Source: Lama guanicoe
Taxonomy: Eukaryota
Assembly (NCBI GenBank): GCA_013239625.1
Contig: MU054187.1
Coordinates: 4,785,757-4,849,756 of the forward strand
DNA: 64,000 bases
Direction: 5' to 3'
In this document: piece after piece, positions 63,815 to 64,000 of the stretch
Layout: each line of letters opens with the position of its first letter
Position numbering within the stretch: position 1 is the stretch's first letter
Translations under genes and position numbers: made by a program
Notes under the pieces: model-generated
What the model saw: the letters and a program-made list of their open reading frames with translations, nothing else
The model's database searches: none
What the model was told of the DNA's origin: nothing

Positions 63815-64000
63815 TTTTTTGTTGTTGTTGTTATGGTAAAATACACATAGCAAAAGATTTAACATCTGGACCACATTTAAGTATATGGTCCAGGGGTATT
63901 AAATGCATTCATAATGTTGTGCGTCCATCACTACCACCCATTTCCAGAACACTTTTCATCTTGCAAAACTGAAACTCTGGATCCACTAGACAGTAACTCC
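63815..64000 (-). mobile_element. L1 3' end, truncated by the window edge
   Basis: ttatggtaaaatacacatagcaaaa...ccagaacacttttcatcttgcaaaactgaaactctg. Confidence 0.85.

Noticed and set aside
29000..64000. A second protein-coding gene or novel multi-gene system upstream of NSMAF
   Set aside because: No phase-consistent exon chain found; every recognisable peptide is an L1 ORF2 remnant. A lncRNA cannot be excluded without transcript data.

Overview
This is mammalian genomic DNA, very probably camelid (alpaca, llama or camel), judged from two Vic-1-type SINEs and camelid-type L1 3' ends. Bases 1-28.7 kb hold the 5' part of NSMAF (FAN, neutral sphingomyelinase activation associated factor) on the minus strand. 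There is a CpG-island promoter and 12 coding exons, all with GT-AG boundaries, that splice into one open 868-nt frame (MAFIRKK...FYIATYL); the BEACH and WD40 exons lie beyond position 1. Bases 29-64 kb are upstream, apparently intergenic DNA made largely of L1, L2, MIR, MaLR/ERV LTRs and DNA-transposon relics. Almost all ORFs in the supplied track are spurious. I found no convincing novel gene or enzymatic system. The most notable signals are: (i) focal GC/CpG peaks that have overwritten ancient repeats, suggesting GC-biased gene conversion; (ii) a 3.3-kb Tigger2-family transposon with intact ends and an extra ~700-bp segment; (iii) two solo LTRs flanking the NSMAF promoter in the gene's own orientation, one with a CCAAT array, octamer and TATA, the other with a variant polyA signal; (iv) a MER53 hairpin resembling miR-1302; (v) a palindrome-associated complex duplication; (vi) CTCF and TAL1-GATA motif clusters. 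Repeat family names and human comparisons come from my memory of consensus sequences, not from a search.
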